In this document: piece after piece, positions 1 to 12,226 of the stretch
How positions within the stretch are numbered: position 1 is the stretch's first letter
How the letters are laid out: the number at the start of each line of letters is the position of its first letter
Origin: Felis catus
Taxonomy: Eukaryota
Assembly: GCF_018350175.1 (NCBI RefSeq)
Contig: NC_058368.1
Coordinates: forward strand, 183,026,001 to 183,090,000
Length of the DNA stretch: 64,000 nucleotides
Direction of reading: 5' to 3'
Program-made: the position numbers and the translations under genes
The notes under the pieces: model-generated
Database searches by the model: none
The model's input: the letters and a program-made list of their open reading frames with translations, nothing else
Told to the model about the DNA's origin: nothing

Positions 1-167
1 TCTTATTTTCTCTTTTTATAAGGACACCAGTCATATGGGATCAGGGCTCCCCTAATGACCTAATTTACCTCTGTAAATACACTATGTCCAAATACAGTCA
101 CATTCTGAGGTACTATGGGTAAAGACCAATATATGACTTTGGGTGGGACACAATTTGGCTCATAACA
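1..167 (-). mobile_element. MaLR LTR fragment (MLT1B/C-like), 5' end, cut by window edge
   Basis: Reverse complement starts TGTTATGAGCCAAATTGTGTCCC and contains GACTGGTGTCCTTATAA, resembling the MLT1 5' end. Confidence 0.8.
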
Positions 168-384
168 ATCACATTCTTGAAGAAACTTTTTCTGATGTCC
201 TCATACCATCCCCCATACTCATTCATGTCTCCAAAAATTGCCGTTTTGTAACAGGCTCACATGTACGTTGTTCTCCAACCTTGGTAATATAATCTGTCTT
301 ATATTAGTTTAAAAAATATATATCCTGAAGGGAAATGGCTATCATTTCTCTTTGTCATTTTCCCTATAGCAATTTTCAAAAATT

Positions 385-490
385 ACATCTATTTCATAGG
401 GCTGTCATGAATATTATATAGTGTAGGATAACATGGCATTGTGTCTGATACATGATTTGTACTTATAACTCAATAAATAATCATTATTCT
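385..490 (+). mobile_element. MIR 3' fragment
   Basis: tcatagggctgtcatga...ctcaataaata resembles the MIR 3' core and tail. Confidence 0.6.
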
Positions 491-693
491 TCACCATCTT
501 ACTCTCCCTCATCTTTTCTTCTCTATTACACATAAACATACACATATACACACAGGCACACATGAAGGACGCACGATTCTAAAAATGTACATTTAATAAG
601 TGACTACATATCTGCTTAAACTGAATGTGGTAAACATTTCTAATTTTCCTTCAGGGAAGCCACAACATGTTCCATGAGAAGAAAACATAATTC

Positions 694-940
694 GAGGCAC
701 GTGGATGACTAAGTCAGTTAATCATCCAACTCTTGATTTCTGCTCAGGTCATGCATGATCTCACAGTCATGGTGGGGGGGGGGGGTGTGGGATCAAACCC
801 TGCATCTGGCTCCATGCTGCGTGTTGTGCCTGGTTGGGATTCTCTCTCTCCCTCTCTCTCTGGCCCTCCCCTGCTCACATTCTCTTTGTCTCTCTTGCAA
901 TAAGTAAATAAACATTTTTTAAATAGAGAAGTTATTCAAA
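694..940 (+). mobile_element. CanSINE (older SINEC type) with internal poly-G run
   Basis: gaggcacgtggatgactaagtcagttaa head, CT tract, A-rich tail; imperfect TSD ending aacataattc on both sides. Confidence 0.9.
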
Positions 941-1043
941 AGAAGAAGAACATAATTCTTTAAGCTTCCTTTGGATTTTTCAGTCTTTTCTAGGAATGCG
1001 GTCAATGTCCTTATTGACAGAATATTCTTTTTCTAACTAACTT

Positions 1044-1247
1044 ATTTTATTTTTTTAAGTTTAGTTACTTTTGAGAGACAGAGTGCAAGTGGGGAAGGAG
1101 CAGAGGGAGACGGAGACACAGCATCTGAGCAGGGTCCAGGCTCTGAGCTGTCAGCTCCAAGCACAATGCGTGGCTGCCACTCATGAACCACAGGATCATG
1201 ACCTGAGCCGAACTTGGACGCTTAACCAACAGAGCCACTCAGGCCCC
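1044..1247 (-). mobile_element. CanSINE
   Basis: Ends gagccactcaggcccc; TSD ctaactaa(c/t)tt at 1033 and 1247. Confidence 0.92.
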
Positions 1248-1267
1248 TAACTAATTTAAATAGATAG

Positions 1268-1475
1268 CAGTATCTACCATTTTCTGAATACAGTTTTGTT
1301 CTTGGCTATGTTCTAGGTACTTCATATACACAACTGAATTTGATATGATAATAATTGTGTATTACAGGTGTTATGTCCAGGTTTTACAGAGTAAAAAGAC
1401 ACACTAAGAGTGATTAAATAATAGAACACATATTAGACAGTGGCAATATTAAATTTTAGCCCAAGCATCTCTGTT
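1268..1475 (-). mobile_element. MIR
   Basis: Degenerate MIR reverse complement: ccattttctgaatac...ttttacagagtaaaaagac...agtggca. Confidence 0.55.
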
Positions 1476-1544
1476 GAAACTCTGCTGTTGTTACTATTTT
1501 TTTCTTTGACTTAAAACAATAACTGGAACAATGGCAAAATGATT

Positions 1545-1701
1545 GCACTTGGTTGAATAGTATCCCCTGACAAATTCACATCTATATGAAACATATGCAT
1601 TTGAAATACAGTCTTTGCAGATGTGATCAAGTTAGGATGAGGTTATACTGGATTAGGGTGGGCCCTACATCCAATAGGATCAGTGCCATTATAAGAAGAA
1701 A
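1545..1701 (+). mobile_element. MaLR LTR 5' part (MLT1C/D-like)
   Basis: gtctttgcagatgtgatcaagttaggatgagg...ggattagggtgggccct...ttataagaaga. Confidence 0.75.
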
Positions 1702-1870
1702 TTCTGCCTGAAGATTGTAGCAACAACTTCTACTGCAGTTTCCAGCCTGCCAACCTAACCTGTGAATTTTGGATTTGCCAGCCCCCACAATCACATAAGC
1801 CAATTCCTTAAAATAAATCTCTTTAAATATCCTTTTGGTTTTGTTTCTCTCATGAGCCCTGACTGACATA
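1702..1870 (+). mobile_element. ERVL LTR 3' part (MLT2-like)
   Basis: ttgccagcccccacaatcacataagccaattccttaaaataaatctct...ccctgactgacata resembles the MLT2 3' end. Confidence 0.75.
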
Positions 1871-2096
1871 TCGATCTCACGAGTTCATTGCCTATTCTCA
1901 GGAACTGTCACATCTCTCCATTTCACCTGAGAAACAAAGAAAGTTTCCCTGTGATGGAGAATGAAAAGGTTGGATAAAATATCTTCTTAGTTATGAAAAA
2001 AGAGATGGTCTGGTGTCTTAGACAATTTTTACAAGTAAAATTCTAGGTGCTTGGGGATTTTTACATTCTCCAAAATATTTTTCTAAAATACATTTT

Positions 2097-2148
2097 ATTA
2101 TTTTTTAATTTTTATTTTGAGAGAGAGAGAGAGAGAGGGAGGTAGGGA

Positions 2149-2204
<56 letters not shown>

Positions 2205-2353
2205 AGGGGAGGAGGGGCAGAGGGAAAGGGCGAAAAGGAATCTGCACTGTTAGTGCAGAGCCTGACACGGGGCTCAAACTCACCAATGGGAGATCATGAC
2301 CTGAGCTGAAATCAAGAGTTGGATGCTGAACCAATTGAACCACCCAAGTGCTC
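2097..2353 (-). mobile_element. CanSINE with expanded (GA)n/(CT)n tract
   Basis: Perfect TSD ctaaaatacatttt at 2083-2096 and 2354-2367; explains ORFs 2098..2376 and 2117..2299. Confidence 0.95.
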
Positions 2354-2751
2354 CTAAAATACATTTTTGAATACATTTCTCATGCAATCATTCATTTGCC
2401 TTTTCTTTGATATTAATTTGATCAATACACTTCAAAGCAATAGAATGTTGTAATTGCATGGTTTAAACCAAGCAATCATATTCATCACTCTGGATAATAT
2501 CTTTATATGCTGTACACATTTATACCTGTGTTATTCCTCAAAATAAACATGCAATTAAAATACTGGCTTACCATGCTAGTAATACTGCTGTTTAAATTAA
2601 ATAGCCTTATCCAGAAAAAAAATGGAAGAAGGAAAAAAAGGAAAAAAGAAAAAAATAATAAAACCCTTTCAATCAGTTTGGTGTTCTTACATTTGCATGA
2701 ATATTTTAACCAAGAACATTTTTTAAATACTTGAAAGCATCCTGTTTCTTA

Positions 2752-5700
2752 GTTTCCAAGTTTTATTGAAATAGAAATGATATATATCATTGTATTAGTT
2801 TAAAATGTATGTCATAATGATTTGATATATGTATATATTGAGAACTGATGACCACAATAAGTTTAGTTTCTTAACATTCATCACCTCACCTAATGAAAAT
2901 TTTTTTCTTGTTAAGAGAACTTTTAAGATTTATGCTCTTAACTTTCAAATACAAAATACAGTAATTGTTAACCATAGTTACCATGCTGTACATTATATCC
3001 CCTGGATTTATTTACCTTATAATTGGAAGTTTGTACCTTTTGACCACCTTTACTCTATTCACCCATCCCTGAGCCCCCACCTCTGGCAACCACCAATCTG
3101 TTCTCGGTTTCCATGCATTTGCTTGCTTGTTTGTTTGTTTTGTAGATTCCATATATAAGTGAGATCACACAGTATTTGTCTTTCTTTTGATGACTTATAT
3201 CACTTGGTATAATGTCTTCAAGTTCCACTCATTTTGCCACAAATGGCAGGATTTCCTTCTTTTAAAGACTGAATATTCCACATACCCCATACACGCGCGC
3301 ACACACACACACACATATACCGTACATATACCATACTTACTTTATCCATTCATCCATCAATGAATGTTTGGGTTTTTCCATGGTCTTGGCTGTTGTAAAT
3401 AATGCTGAAGTGAATATACGAATGCAAGTATCTTTTTGAAATAGTGATTAGTGATTTCATTTCCTTCATATGTACCCAGAAATGGAATTGCTCGGTAATA
3501 GATGGATTTTTAATTTTGTGAGTTATCTCCATACTGATTTTCATAGTGGCTGCACCAATTTATATTCCCATGAGTAGTACACAAGGACTCCTTTCTCTAC
3601 ACAACCTCGCTGATACTTATTACCCTTTGTCATTATTTAACAGCCATTCTAATAAGTGTGAGGTAATATCTAATTGTGGTTCTAATTAGTCTTTCCCTGA
3701 TTAGCACCTTTTCATGTAAAATTTGTATGTCTTCTTTGGAAAAATGCCCACTCAGTTTCTCTGCCCTTTTATTAATCAGATTGCTTGTTGTTTTTGCTAT
3801 GGAGTTATAGAAATTCTTTATATATTTTAGATATGAACCCTTTATTACACATGAACCCTTTATCACATATGTGATTTGTAAATATTTTCTCCCATTCTGT
3901 AGGTTGCTTTTTCATTCTTATGATGGTTTCTTTCACTGTGCATAAGGTTTTTAGTTTGATGCATTCCCACTTGTTTCTGTTTTCTTGTGTCGATTGCACA
4001 TTTAATGTCAAATCCAAAACATCTTTTCCATGACTGATTTCAAGGAAATTACCACCTGTGTTTTCTTCTAGAAGTTTTATGTTTTCAGGTAGCATGTTTG
4101 AGTCTTTAATACACTTTAATTTGATCTTAGAGTATGGTGTGACATGGTTGATCAGTTTCATTATTTTGCATGTGGCTGTTCAGTTTTCCCAACACCTTTT
4201 ATAGAAGAGATTATCCCTCCCCATTGTATTTTCTTGTGTCCTTTGTCATAAATTAATCAATCATATATGTGTAAGTTTATTTCTCTAAGTTTATTTTCTA
4301 TTCTATCCTTGCAACTCTGGAATAAGTCCCACTTGATCATGGTATACAATCCTTTTAATGTAGTGTTGTATTTGGTTTGCTAATATTTTGTTGAGGTTTT
4401 TTAATCTATATTCATGAGGGATATTGGCCTTTGGGTATCTTTTCTTTTAGTATCCTTATCTGGTTTTGTTATCAGCATTATGCTGGTTTCATAAAACAAA
4501 TTCCAAAGTTTTCCTACCTCTTCTATTGTTTCTTGAAATGTTTGGAAAGCAGTGGTTTAACTACACTTTAAATGTTTCATAGAATTCACCAGTGAAGCCA
4601 TCTGGTCCTGAACTTTTCTTTGTTGGGAGGTTTTTGATTACTGTTTCATTCTCCTTATAAGTAATTGATCTGTTCAGATTTTCTATTTCTTCATGATCCA
4701 GTTTTAGTACATTGTATATTTCTAGGAATTTAGCCATCTCTTCTAGGTTGTCCAATTTATTGGTTTATAATTGGTCACAGTAGTATCTTATGAGGCTGTG
4801 TATTTCTGTGCCATCAGTTGTAATATTTCTTTTGTTTTTTATTTTATTTGAGCCCACTTTCTCCTTTTCTTTGTGAGTCTAGCTAATAGGTTGTCTATTT
4901 TCTTTACATTTTTTAAAGCAGCTTTTAGTTTCATTTTCTATTGACTTCTTCATCCCTATTTTATTTATTTCCACCCTGATTTTTGTATTTCCATTCTGGG
5001 AAATTCCTTATCTCTCCTTCAATTTTGAAGGACAACTTTGCCAGGTAGAGTATTATTGGTGGGTAGTTTTTTTGTTCGTTTGTTTGTTTTAGCACTTTGA
5101 ATATATCTTGCCACTCCCCCTGGGCTGCAGACTTTCTGCAGAAAAGCCTGCTCTTATTGTTGTGGAAGTACCCTTGGACACAAGTTGTTTTTCTCTTGTT
5201 GATAATCCTCTTGTCTTTAAGTTTTGACAATTTAATTATAATACGTCTTAGTCATTTCTGGAACTATGGACTTGCTGGATCTGGATGTCTATTTCTTTCC
5301 CCAGGTTAGGGATTTTTCTGTTATTATTTCTTCAAATAGTCTTTCTACCTCTTTCTCTCTCTTCTCCTTCTGGGAGCCCTATAATGTAAGTATTAGTCCA
5401 TTTCATAGTATTCCATAATTTTCTTAAGCTATATTCACTCTTTCCCTATTTTTCTTTTTCTTTTTGCTCTTCTAACTGGATAAATTCCAACCATCCTATT
5501 TAAGTATATTGATCTTTTTTTTTCCACTTAATCTAGTCTTCTGTTGATCTCTTCCACTAAATTTTCAGTTTAATTACTGTATTCTGCAGCAATATTATTG
5601 CTATTTTGTATTTATGTATTCTCTCTTTGTTAAAATTCTTTATTTATATATCATTCTCTTGACCTCATTGAGAATATTTATGATCATCATTTTGAACTCT

Positions 5701-7070
5701 ATCAGGAAATCACTTATTTCATTTCATTCAGGTCTGTTTCTGGAGCTTATCTTGTTTTCATTTGGAACATACTCCTCTGTTTCTTCATTTTCCTTGACTC
5801 TCTGTGTTAGTTGGTTTCTGTGCATCAGCCAAAACAGGCAACTTTCCCAGTCTTTAAAGAGTGATCTCATGTAGATTAATCTTATCATTCAGCCTGGCAC
5901 TAGCTCTTGGTTGTCTCTCAAACCTTTGTGATCATCCAAGCTGCTTCCTTTGTTCTTAGTGGTTTCTGGTAGTTAAGTATTTGACAAGACTTGTCAATGT
6001 GCCAAAGGGGAAGATCTCAGCACCTAGATGCGGACTTTTTAGCAGTGAGACTCAGGCAGCAACTTTTCAAGTATGTGCATTGGCTTTTTTCAGGGAAATA
6101 CTGGAAGATCAGCATGTCTGCTCCTCATTCTGTGTTCTGCCCTGGTTAGGTGTGGGGTGAGGGTGGGGGTGAATGTTAAGCTGGTTAAGAACTGCTTCCT
6201 CATTTGCTACAGTCTTATGGGACACAACACTAGCACCACTGGTCACCAGAGACAGATAACCAAAGAATATGTCCTCTGGGCAGCAACTACAAAAGCCAGG
6301 GTTCCAGACACGTGTACAAACTCCTTTCAGAGAGATACAAGTGAATTGGAGCAGGGCAGAGGAAGCACACAGTAATGCTGCCCACTGGCTTCTCCAGTCT
6401 CTAGTGAGAATTACAGTTTGCCCTTAGTTTTCTGTTAAATTAGGAGCCCAGCCTGGGCTCTCTGGCTGCAGCTCTTAAGATATGCAAGTAGTCTGGGAGG
6501 ATGGGCTTTCAGTCTGCTGCCTCAAGTCTTTGCAAGCTTGTTAAGAAAGTTTTCTCCATTTGCTACAGTCTTAAGGACTACATGGGCACAAGCTCTGTTG
6601 GCTTTCAAAGTCGAGTGCTTTGGGGCTCATCTCTCAGATGGAAGTCTTAAAAGTCAAGATGCTAGATATTGGGTCCAAACTCTTTGCTCCTGAGGAAGAA
6701 GCTAGGAGTTACAAGTTTGGTCCTGATTGTATGTTGCTGTGCCAGCAATGGGGTTTATGGTAACACTGTGTTTCTGCTTTCCCTATCCATTTCAGTCTTT
6801 TTTTTCCTCATGTGCTCAATGTGTAAAAGTTACTCTGCTAACTTCTGGATGTCTTTCAGAGGGAATTATTTTATATATATAATATATATAAAATATAGAT
6901 ATATATATAATATATATAATATAGATATATAATATAATATAATATAATATAATATAATATAATATAAGATATATATATATCTATATTATGTATATAGCTG
7001 TAGATTTGGTCTATCTATGGGAAGAGATGAGTTCAGGAGCCTCCCATGTTATCATTTTCAAATGGAACCT
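2752..7070 (-). mobile_element. LINE-1 retaining both ends but with large internal deletions (L1MA/carnivore-type)
   Basis: 3'UTR at 2752-3400; ORF2 C-terminal peptides (IKLLEENTG, QPTEWEKIF); ORF2 peptide MDNLEEMAKFLE...GPDGFTGEFY; ORF1 peptide WQDIFKVLK...AKLSFKIEGEIRNFP; L1 5'-terminus-like sequence near 7000-7070. Confidence 0.9.
6871..6995. repeat. (ATATA)n / AT-rich microsatellite in the L1 5'UTR
   Basis: Direct inspection. Confidence 0.9.
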
Positions 7071-7464
7071 AAAACACTTGATATCATCCTAGGAGCCCAT
7101 AATACACTTTTTAAAAATGATCATAATTCTCCACCTCTGCATTTGCTAACAAGGTATTTAGCCTGGCAAGAAAGAGGCAAGAAAGTGGATTCCCTTTAAA
7201 GCTCTTAAAAGCTACAATAGGTGATGGCATCAGACAGTACACATTTTTCTTCCTCAAAAACATTTTGTATACTTTTGAATACAGTACAGAGAAATAGTGA
7301 GGCGATAACCTTGCTCTTCTGTGAGGTGTCCGCTAAATACCTGGGTTAGGGTGAATGAGCACACAGCCTGTTGAAACACTCTGTGGCTCACCACGTTACA
7401 AAACTTTTCAGTTTACTATTTGTGGACTTTTCAAAATATTCAAATACCTTGAATATTTCGATTC

Positions 7465-7635
7465 CCACAAACCCTTGTTAAAAAGGACCTATTAATCATG
7501 TGATAATCAATTTACAAAAGAGAAACTGAGATCCAGAAAGGATAAGTAGCTTGTCCAAAGTAACACAGCTCTAAGTTATGATTCAAATTATTCTTTCCCA
7601 CATTTCCCAATGAGTAGTCCATAATTCTGCCTCTC
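7465..7635 (-). mobile_element. MIR
   Basis: tttacaaaagagaaactgagatccagaaaggataagtagcttgtccaaagtaacacagct is the MIR core, reverse complement. Confidence 0.8.
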
Positions 7636-7671
7636 AATCCTGAAGAGAAATTATTATAAAGCTGAGTAGGA

Positions 7672-8155
7672 GAAAAACTTAATCTGGGTTTCCATAAAAG
7701 CAAACCCTGATGAAGAATTCCTACTCAAGCGGTCTATTTGGAAGGTGAAGAAACCACAGCTAGTTGAATAAAGAGCTAAAACAAAGACAAGAAGACAATC
7801 AGGAAATGTGTTGTCAAACCAGATATCAAAGTGAGCAAAGTACGTTCTATTTTTCTTGGAGATAATCTGGGGAGCCAATGTAAAACCCAGACCTAAGAGT
7901 TTTCCTATCCAAGAGGTGAAGATCTAGAGGGTTCAAACTCCATCTTCCCATATGTCATTGGTTGAAGGCTGTTGTGGGGGGATTATTAGTTTTCTTGCAA
8001 CTATTGGCTTACTATGCAGGGGATAAGGTAGCCTGCAGCAGCAAGAAAAAGTTATTTAGCAATGCAATTTAAGGTGCTAGCAGTGAGAAACCTGGCCAGT
8101 ATACTTTAAATGCTAAGGGTTGGGGACATGGAAGGACACCATCCATGCTTGCTAT
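7672..8155 (-). mobile_element. ERVL LTR (LTR33/LTR16-like)
   Basis: ctgggtttccataaaagcaaaccctga...tatttggaaggtga at left; ggacacc...gcttgctata at right. Confidence 0.55.
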
Positions 8156-10249
8156 AGAGATCTTTGTAAAAAAAACACAACTCAAAATTATGGGAACAGA
8201 GATAACCTATTTGTAGCAGAAATTGGCTGGAAGTAAATGGATGGGCCAAGTAAGGAAAATAAAGGAAGATTAGGATTGTAGGGCTATTGGGGGGCTATTT
8301 ATAAATTCTACTAAAAGGATAGCTTATCTTAGTAATTAGCAGCCCTTTCATTATATTCTGAGAATAGATCCAGCACTCTCTGGTGGATATTAACTCACTG
8401 TCTTTATTATTGCATTTCATGTTGATTTGAGTTATGACTTTTTAAAAACTATATGTTTTCTAACTCCTTCCACTTTTCATACCATGTAATTATTCAATCA
8501 CACGGTAGTTTAGCCAACATAAATAGTCAATCTGGGGTTGGGGGGATGTCTTCAATCATACCATGGCAAGTAATATCTTGCAGGGTCACTATGGCAAGCA
8601 GTTTGAAGATTATCTCCTTTTTTGAGAATGTTTAGTGACTTTTTCTATAAGAGCCAAAGTGTTTTCCAACTCATAAACATTTTAACAAGGAAAAAATAGT
8701 GCTCTCATCATCACAAAGTTCCTTTTTATGGGATCCAAGACATCAAAGGATAAATTATTCACCCAAAAACAAAGTAGCATACCCTACACAATATTTGAAG
8801 TGTTCATCACAGAAGGAGGAAATGTTGCCCTGCATCTCCCAAGCATAGTAATCTTTGCCAAACCAAGAACAGAATGACCCTCAAAGAAGACATATTCTCT
8901 ATGCTAATCAGCCCTACACCTTTCAAGTGAGGGAAATATGATTGCATCAAACTGTGCCAAAAGAAACAAATGAAAAATAGAAAAGAAAAATCTATTTGGA
9001 TTTCCTTTTGAAGCCAGAAGTAACAAGGGATTTCTGACTTTCAACAGTTTAAGTTTGTCATGCATGTGGCAGCTCAGAGTATGCACAAGGACAGCAACCT
9101 AAGGCTGCCGAGCCTCTTTTTTTTCCTTTTAAACTATTATAATATCCTAGTAGGCTGAGGATGAGAGCAGAGAAAGATAACAGAGAATGCCTCTATAACT
9201 TTCTATAAGAAGAGAAAAAGGCCATTTAAGAGTGATTATAAATTCACAGCTAATTAAAGGTTAGACACATGTTACCAATTAGAATGAAAGATAATTGTTC
9301 TTCTTTGGCAACCTGATTATGTGTACAATTTGGTACAGAAGAATAGTGTTTTCATGTTACTGGTGAATGTGGTCACTAGCTTATGCTGCAGCTATAACTT
9401 TAAAGAGACTTATCCTTGGAGGCCAAGGTTGAGATGAAACCCTCCACTTTTGTCAGGAAAAAAAAACAATATCCACACAATTTGCAATACCACACATTTG
9501 TGATGATTGCTAGTATTGCTTTAGATACTTTAATCCAAGGGTTAAGGTAAGTATTAGGGAGTACAAACAAAATTCAATATTAGAAAGTAAGAAACTTTGT
9601 TCACTGCATCTTCCTTGCTAAAATTATACAGCATATCATGAAACACGGTGTGGGCATTAAACAGGAGTGTGTAAGTAGACAATGCAAGATATATAATAAG
9701 AGAGATATATGGAGGATTTGTGTCAGCAGTGGGTGTATGCACATTAGCACTTAGAAGAAAGTGACAAATTATGCAAAGATTGCATAGTGTGGAGAGCCTG
9801 TCTAGTGATATCATCACCACATGGCACAGAAAGAAAGGATCTGAGGATAAGAACTCAGAAATACTTAGTTACATCGCATAGCAAACTTCAAACCCCATGC
9901 AAGTACTGCTCAGAGACCATTTTGTTAATGTTGTCTTGAATTGTTGGCTCTGAAAACTGAGGTATAGTTTAAGCTGAAAGGCTAATTTTACCAACTGCAC
10001 TGGTATCCTGATTGTTGTTTCTTCATTTACTTACTTTTTTTATGACTGTGAACTTTTGCATAAGCATTCAAAAAAGTATTTTACAACCATCATTACCATG
10101 TTTTCACTTTTTTCATGGATTTTTGTAAACCTAGACATCTATGTGTCTAGGTATATCATAAAAGCATAATCACATGTTCACTTTAGTTTAATAACCATTT
10201 AATGAGTAACTTCTGTGCTACAAACATGGTTTTAAGGGTTGCATTATAG

Positions 10250-10420
10250 AGGACAGATCCTGGTACCTTTTTAGCTGTGTGACTTTGAATTTGTTAATTC
10301 ATCCTTCCAAATCTTCCTTTCTTCTTTTTTCAGCCCCTCACGCGAAGGGGGGATAGGATGGTGATTGTACCTAGCTCTAGGGTTATTATAAAGAATGTAA
10401 AAGGTAATATGCATGAAATA
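10250..10420 (+). mobile_element. MIR fragment
   Basis: tagctgtgtgactttg...gtacctagctctagggttattataaag. Confidence 0.6.
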
Positions 10421-10821
10421 TTACACAAAAATGAGAAGGATAAAACACCAGTGTTCTTCCCAAATCCTATTTTAACAAGTGCTAGCATCTCTGGAGAAAC
10501 AAAGAAGAAAAAGACTGTCTCTACTCCCAGGACCTAAAAATTAGAACATGACCCCCAATTCAGATACATTTTAGATATATTCTCAGAGAAAGACTCATAC
10601 TTGTATAGGACATTTCTCTTAACTTGAGAGGAAGGGATAATTGTATATCTTTAAGACACCTCCATCATAAATATATGACAATGATTATTATTTCTGAGAA
10701 ATATCACATAAATAGGCTTGAGGAAGATATAGCTTTTCTTAAACTTTTGGAGACCAGGAAATGCTTGGTAGGCAAAGTAAAGGAATAGGTAAAGAAGAAG
10801 CAACACGCTTCATAATCTTAT

Positions 10822-10915
10822 TACAATATCTAACCAATAGTGAGTGTCTAGTATGTGCCAGAAACTGGGTTAATGATTTTCATGTATTAAATCACTGACT
10901 TTTCACAGTAGTCCC
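10822..10915 (-). mobile_element. MIR 3' fragment
   Basis: tgagtgtctagtatgtgccagaaactggg...catgtattaaatca. Confidence 0.6.
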
Positions 10916-11984
10916 ATCTGATTACGTGGCTTGCCCAATATCCACATCAACATCACTCTAGAGAAACCTTTGAAAAAATGGACTCCAAATGTGTGTTTTT
11001 AATTATTCCACTACATTATGAAATGCCCCTGGGTCAAATGCCCAAGAAATGCCCAAGAAAATGCCCCCGAGTAAAATGAAAACGTGCACAATGACACTGA
11101 AAAGATATCCAAAGTTTCTTTCCTAGAAAATAATATTTCATATTGTCAGTGTATTAATGACCCAATGTTCCACAGCACATACCCAACCAGAGCGTTTCTT
11201 CTGAAGCTTTAAACTCAACAACAATGTGTATAAATTTCAAAGGGCAGTTATAATCATGATTATCAAAACTGCAATTTTATGATCTGATTTTCATATTAGA
11301 CAGATGCTGCTATTTAAATACATCCCTGATTTATAATGGTCAGTCTAGAGAATACTGATTGTAACATAACAGTTTTAGAGTAATCACATTTTTTCCTGTT
11401 TTCAGAAAATAGTAGTCCAATCACCGTAAAATTAATCCTTTCATGAACACATATTATTGTTGGCTATTTTGAAATCTTTTCACTAGCAGTTACTTCCTCT
11501 ATAATAGAAAAATAAAATCATACAATGATGTTTAAATTTTTTTTTATCATGAAACACCTGGCTGAAATGATATGTAAATGGCCATGTCAGTTTAACTTCT
11601 GGAAATTAATAATAAAAATTGAGAATATAACATATTACACTTATTATTTAAAGTTACAGTTGTTTTAATTTTCTGGTCTTGATTTTATGTGTTGCAGAAA
11701 AAATATATAAATAAAATAAACATGATTGGAAATGTATATTTTGAAAAACAGAAATATTAAAATCACAAGTCAATCAAAAGTGTAATTTGAGCTTTGGTTT
11801 ATAGTTCTTCATTTACATTCATTTATATATATAAGGGCAAATCAAGCTTACTACTGAAAGCTGCCTGATAACTTTAAACAAAATTGATTACATTTAGTAA
11901 AAACAAAACTGAAACTAAAACCAAAAAAAAAAAAAAAACACCCTCCCTCCCCCACCTTATTTTTTCTTAAAAGGAGGTGTTTTC

Positions 11985-12226
11985 ACATAGTAATTTGATG
12001 TTTTAGAGCTCTGGTCCTAAAGATGATCTACATAGGTTCAAGTGCCAACTTTAAAATTTATTAGCTGTATGATCTTAGAAAATGTACCTTTTAGTTTTCA
12101 TAAAAAGTGAGGTTAATAATTGTATCTGCCTTCTACCATTCCTCAGAGAAATCAGTGAGCTTATGTTCATGAAAACGCCAGTGTCCATAACAGAGGAAGC
12201 ATTCAATACACATTAGCCATTATTAT
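11985..12226 (+). mobile_element. MIR, near full length
   Basis: agagctctgg...ggttcaag...ttattagctgtatgatctt...cattcaatacacattagccattatta. Confidence 0.7.

Noticed and set aside
771..790. G-quadruplex-like poly-G run
   Set aside because: Simple homopolymer expansion inside a SINE; the length may be a sequencing artefact.
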